DNA of 64,000 nt. Origin: Haplodiscus bocki. Lineage: Eukaryota. The notes beneath the pieces were generated by a model. That model was not told where the DNA came from. It searched no databases and was given only the letters and a program-made list of their open reading frames with translations. The stretch is from assembly GCA_965655095.1 (NCBI GenBank), contig OZ296659.1:45694001-45758000 (forward strand), written 5' to 3'. A program made the translations under genes and the position numbers. This document shows, in pieces, positions 59,900 through 64,000 of the stretch. The number at the start of each line of letters is the position of its first letter. The stretch's first letter is position 1.

Positions 59900-62800
59900 T
59901 TAACGTCTTGCAAACGCTTCTGTTTTGCCTGATCTAAATATTATTAATTTCACAATACCAGTTTCATAGTTTAAAGCGAGTCAAACTGAAAAATGAATGA
60001 GAACTTCAGAAATCGCTCACAAGGCGTTTCAGCGCGTTGTTCCAGAGCTGTAGTTGGGGGTGGTCACATTTCTTCATCTTGAGCTTGATAAAACGAGGTC
60101 CCAAAATAGACTGTTAAAATAGGAGTTTTCTTGAAGTTTTGACTAAGTTTTCAGAAACTCAAGTTTTTTCTGAAGCTACTCACGGCTTCTCATAGCTTCC
60201 TCTCATAGAACTTTCGGGGAATACAGTTGGTTCAATGCCACGCCCAAATGACTTTCGAGCTGTCAACCAAATTTCACGAACTAGGTGTTGAAGTTGTAGT
60301 TTAAGTGGTCGCGCCAACCTTGCCGGCCCTGTTTTCACTCGGAAAACATTGGTAAATACAGGCGCCAGTTTCGTCAACGGTCTCTGGAGTTCTCCAGATT
60401 CACTTTTGATCTTAGAGGATCTAACAATGCCGTCGGATCCAGTTTGCTTCTCCAAAACTCGTGCCATTTGATAGAATGTACTCTTGACTGATTCATCGAC
60501 AATACACACCAAGTCCCCAACATTGAGCTCACGACGCGCTGATTTGAACCACTGGGAGTGCACGTTGCACTGAGGTAGAGACTCTGTAGTCCAGCGATTC
60601 CAGATCATCTCCTTGCAGCTTTGAGGTACTTTCTACATTTTTCGGAAATCCATGTATCTGGTTGCATCAGGTAACAATAGTTGTGCCACAACTCTATGAC
60701 ATAGAGGAATTTGTTTCGGTGTTAAAGCTTCCAGATCTTCAGGATCATCGCTGACTGGAATAATTGGTCGTCCGTTGAGAGTTTGTTCCACCAAACACAT
60801 AGTGGTACTCAGTACTGGCAGAGTCAAGCCGCTGGACCCCAATATGGAATACATCGCTTTCTTACAAGTGCGAACCAGTCTTTTCCATTTGCCACTGAAG
60901 TGAGGTTCGCCAGGATTGAACTTCCAGATCGCAGGGTGATGTGCCAAACTGTCGTGAATAGCTGTCTGATTCCATGCCCTCGCCAGTTCCCTGAACTCAC
61001 GAGCAGAACCTTTGAAGTTGGTGCCGTTGTCATTGATGATCGTGTGCGGCCTGTCTTGTCTTGCCATGAAACGCGTTATCGCCATCATGCAGGCATCAGT
61101 ATCCAGACCGTGAACCACCTCGATATGGAAAGCTTGTGTAGTCCAACATGTGAATAAACAACACCAATGCTTAACAGTTTTCCGCAGAAGCTTCGAACGC
61201 ACCAGAATAATCAACTTCAGTGTTTTGAATTAGGTAAATGGTACCATTTAACCACTCCTTCGGGAAATTGGTCGTTTTTGCTTTGAATGATTGCGCTGAC
61301 GACTTTTGGCAATGAACACATTGATGTTTGATACTCCGCAGAGCATTCCTCAGGCCCAATATCCAGTGTTGCTGCTGAAGAACACTTCGAACATACGCAG
61401 TACCCTCGTGATGTTGTCCACATATGCCTGCCTCGAAAGTAGTGCCACCAGAGAATGCTTGGCTGACAGTAGCATTGGATTCTTGATCTGAATACTCAGC
61501 TCCGATCTTCTCAGACGACTGCGCAGATTAATCGTCCTGTCTTCGGTCATAAGCGGCGACAGTCGTCCCAAGATTGGCGAAATCTTCTCGACAGTTCCCC
61601 GGGCAAAAGATTCGAAAAGGTCCGGGAAACTCTCTCGTTGAACTAGTGCAGAATTAGAAGCAGTGATTTTTCCATCTCCTCATCACTCATTGGCCTCTTC
61701 TGCCTCGTTCTAAATTGCAAAAAATACGCAAAAATGCAGATCAATTTTGATTACTACTTATCCTCAACCAATCAAAAACGGACTGTTATGATTGAGTAGC
61801 GCAGATGGTTTCGTCTACGTCGGGCCTCTTCGCTGGCTTGGAAGGCTCAGGACACATCTCTTGTCTTTGGCGGAGCCATGCTAGCCCTGTTAGCCATTCA
61901 CTGTCAATCAGTTGAGAAACTGTCTTCCCACGACTGCCAATATCAGCTGGCCTCCACTCGTCGACACTTGAGCAATCAAAGATTTCTCCTATTCGACTAG
62001 CCATGAACACTTGCTGTTTCTTGTGAACTGCATTTATCCATTGCAACACAGTCAATGAGCCAGTCCATTGATAAACATGCACAAATGTTATTATCGTGAC
62101 CCTCAATAATAAGCTGTCGAAAACGAACAGCATATAATGCAGCGTGTGGTTCTGGTTTTGGAATTGTCTGTTGTTTCATTGGTGCAATTCGACATATGCC
62201 TACAACAAAAGAGAGTTGAGCACCACATTCGGTCTTTTCTCTGAAATAGGTGACCATGCACATTCCTTCCAGTAAAACGTCAAAGAGAATGTGTAATTCT
62301 GCAGATCCTTGTTTGCTGGTGAAATAGTTTCTGTTCAGTTGCATAACCTTGAGCTCCTTTAACTCCTGTGCCCATTCGAGGAAATTTGTTTTTCATCGGC
62401 TTTTTCATTATCCCGAAGTTGTCCATGCTTCGCCCATATAATCATCGAGACAATCTGCATTCGCATCGTGGAAGGTTAAAAGACTCCCAAAGGATCGAAT
62501 ACTGAGGCTGCGAAAGACAACACCACTCTTTTGGTTATTTTGTTGGGAATTTCCTTTGAAGCTCCACGGCATACTTCAAGGGTGTTTTCTTCCATGTTCC
62601 GTTGAAGCCCAAGCAGAGACGAGGCTGCTGGTTCTGCTTCGAAAGTTTTGATTGTTGATTCCGCTCGATCGTTTTAATGAAACGATTTCATCACGTGACC
62701 ATTGTTGCTGATCCACTTCATCAAATCCTTTCTTCCGGGATGCTTTCAGTTGGTTATAGAGATCAGTTGTTTCTTGCTCTGTTTCCACCGGTTTTGCTAA

Positions 62801-64000
62801 ATAATCCATGTAGAAGTTTCTAACAATTGCTTTGGACGCCAGCGGATAATCATCTTTATTGTCCTTTTCAGTCTGCTGAAGAGCGTAATTCGAACAGTTG
62901 GGAGAACTTCTAGCTCCAAAGTCATACACTGTGTACTGGAACACTTCCTCTGGCTTTGTCGGATGGTCTCTCCACAGAAATCGCAATTACTTGCACTCCC
63001 TGTCCGGTACTTTGACTTGCAGGAGCTTAGCCTCTATTTTCGCTGTCATTGTGATGCTGTATTGTCGAAATCGAAAATCATTTCCAACCAAACATTGCAG
63101 CTTATCGGGTTTGGTAATCAATTGGTAATTGCGTGTCACGCCTTTGTACTTTGATGCAGCATTGCAAACTCGGCGCAGCTTCTCAGGTTTTTTTGGTTGG
63201 TCACTGGGTGATGCGGAATGTACCACTGTTGATCACTTCTAATTTAATTCAATTCAGAATCGTCCAGCTTTCTGACATGGTTGTTGTTCATGTCTACTTG
63301 TTTGGTTGCGTCATTGCTTTTTTTGAGATCTGGATTTTTCTCTGAAATCTTCGCTCCAGGGAGCAAAGCTGAGTTTATGCTGCAACATAATAGTTCGGAA
63401 TTTCTTTATTTTCTGCCCACAGAAAACCAACTTCATATCTGTCACCAATCAACTGAGTACATTTGTCTAGAATTTCAGTAGCTCTTTTGTCATCTGGAGA
63501 CCGGCCGCTGACGTTGCAGTTGGAAGCCTACGATTCCATGCTTCACCATGATTTACCTTGTTCAGATAGTTTTATCATTGTCACTTGCTGCAAGTGCCGT
63601 AGCAAGCTGAGCAATTTCGCGCTTAAGAAAAAGTCCACTAAGAGTCCGACCGATCTTCGTCTTGACCGCCCAAGTCTCATTCTTCCTCCCTTTTCTGTAA
63701 TCCATTGAAAACAACAAATGAAAATTATCATGACCAGTGACAACTTTCACGTCTTTCAAACTAACTTGATTGTTTGGAAAAACCTTCATTTGATGATATT
63801 TTTGTTTTAGTTGCGAGTAATCATTCCTCTGATTCCCAAGATACATTCTTGGATGTACATGAAACTTACCAACGTCATCATGGTCATTCGCAATTACTTT
63901 TACTGAAACCTTTTCACTGGCCATGTCTTTTGTCCCGTTGATACCAGCCACACTCGGCGTCAGTTTTGTTCTTTCGGCTCTTTGCTGCGTCTTGATCTCC
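59900..64000 (-). mobile_element. BEL/Pao LTR retrotransposon pol relic (RT, RNase H, integrase), running off the window end
   Basis: KLRRVCNAAS, RFLWRD...FGARSSP...NFYMD, TIPKPE, LFTCWTTQAFHIEVV...NDNGTNFKG, PHFSGKWKRLV and C-terminal WNRW...VGDLV...GSDGIVRS. Confidence 0.88.

Overview
Eukaryotic, repeat-dense, AT-rich genomic DNA, probably from an invertebrate animal; no prokaryotic features. The centrepiece is a complete, recently integrated 17.1-kb Polinton/Maverick (adintovirus-like) element at 34952-52067. It has ~450-bp terminal inverted repeats, a perfect 6-bp target-site duplication (CACTCC), and genes for protein-primed PolB, rve integrase, adenain protease, major and minor capsid proteins and packaging ATPase. 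Unusually, it also appears to encode homologues of two poxvirus transcription proteins: late factor VLTF-3/A2 (39377-39895) and RNA polymerase subunit RPO18/D7 (50900-51299). Essentially every gene starts at a poxvirus-late-promoter-like TAAAT(G). Together this suggests an endogenous virophage-like Polinton that parasitises the cytoplasmic transcription machinery of a pox-like virus. These alignments were made by eye against recalled vaccinia sequences and need database confirmation. The element also carries a candidate membrane module: a PSAPPAY late-domain micro-ORF, an adenovirus pVI-like protein, a 2-TM protein and a small glycosylated TM protein. Several genes have nonsense or frameshift lesions. 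The rest of the window holds an old decayed Polinton of another lineage (1-~6.7 kb), a degenerate CR1/L2-type LINE, a hAT transposase pseudogene, MITEs, Gypsy and BEL/Pao relics, tandem repeats and a few possible host micro-exons.
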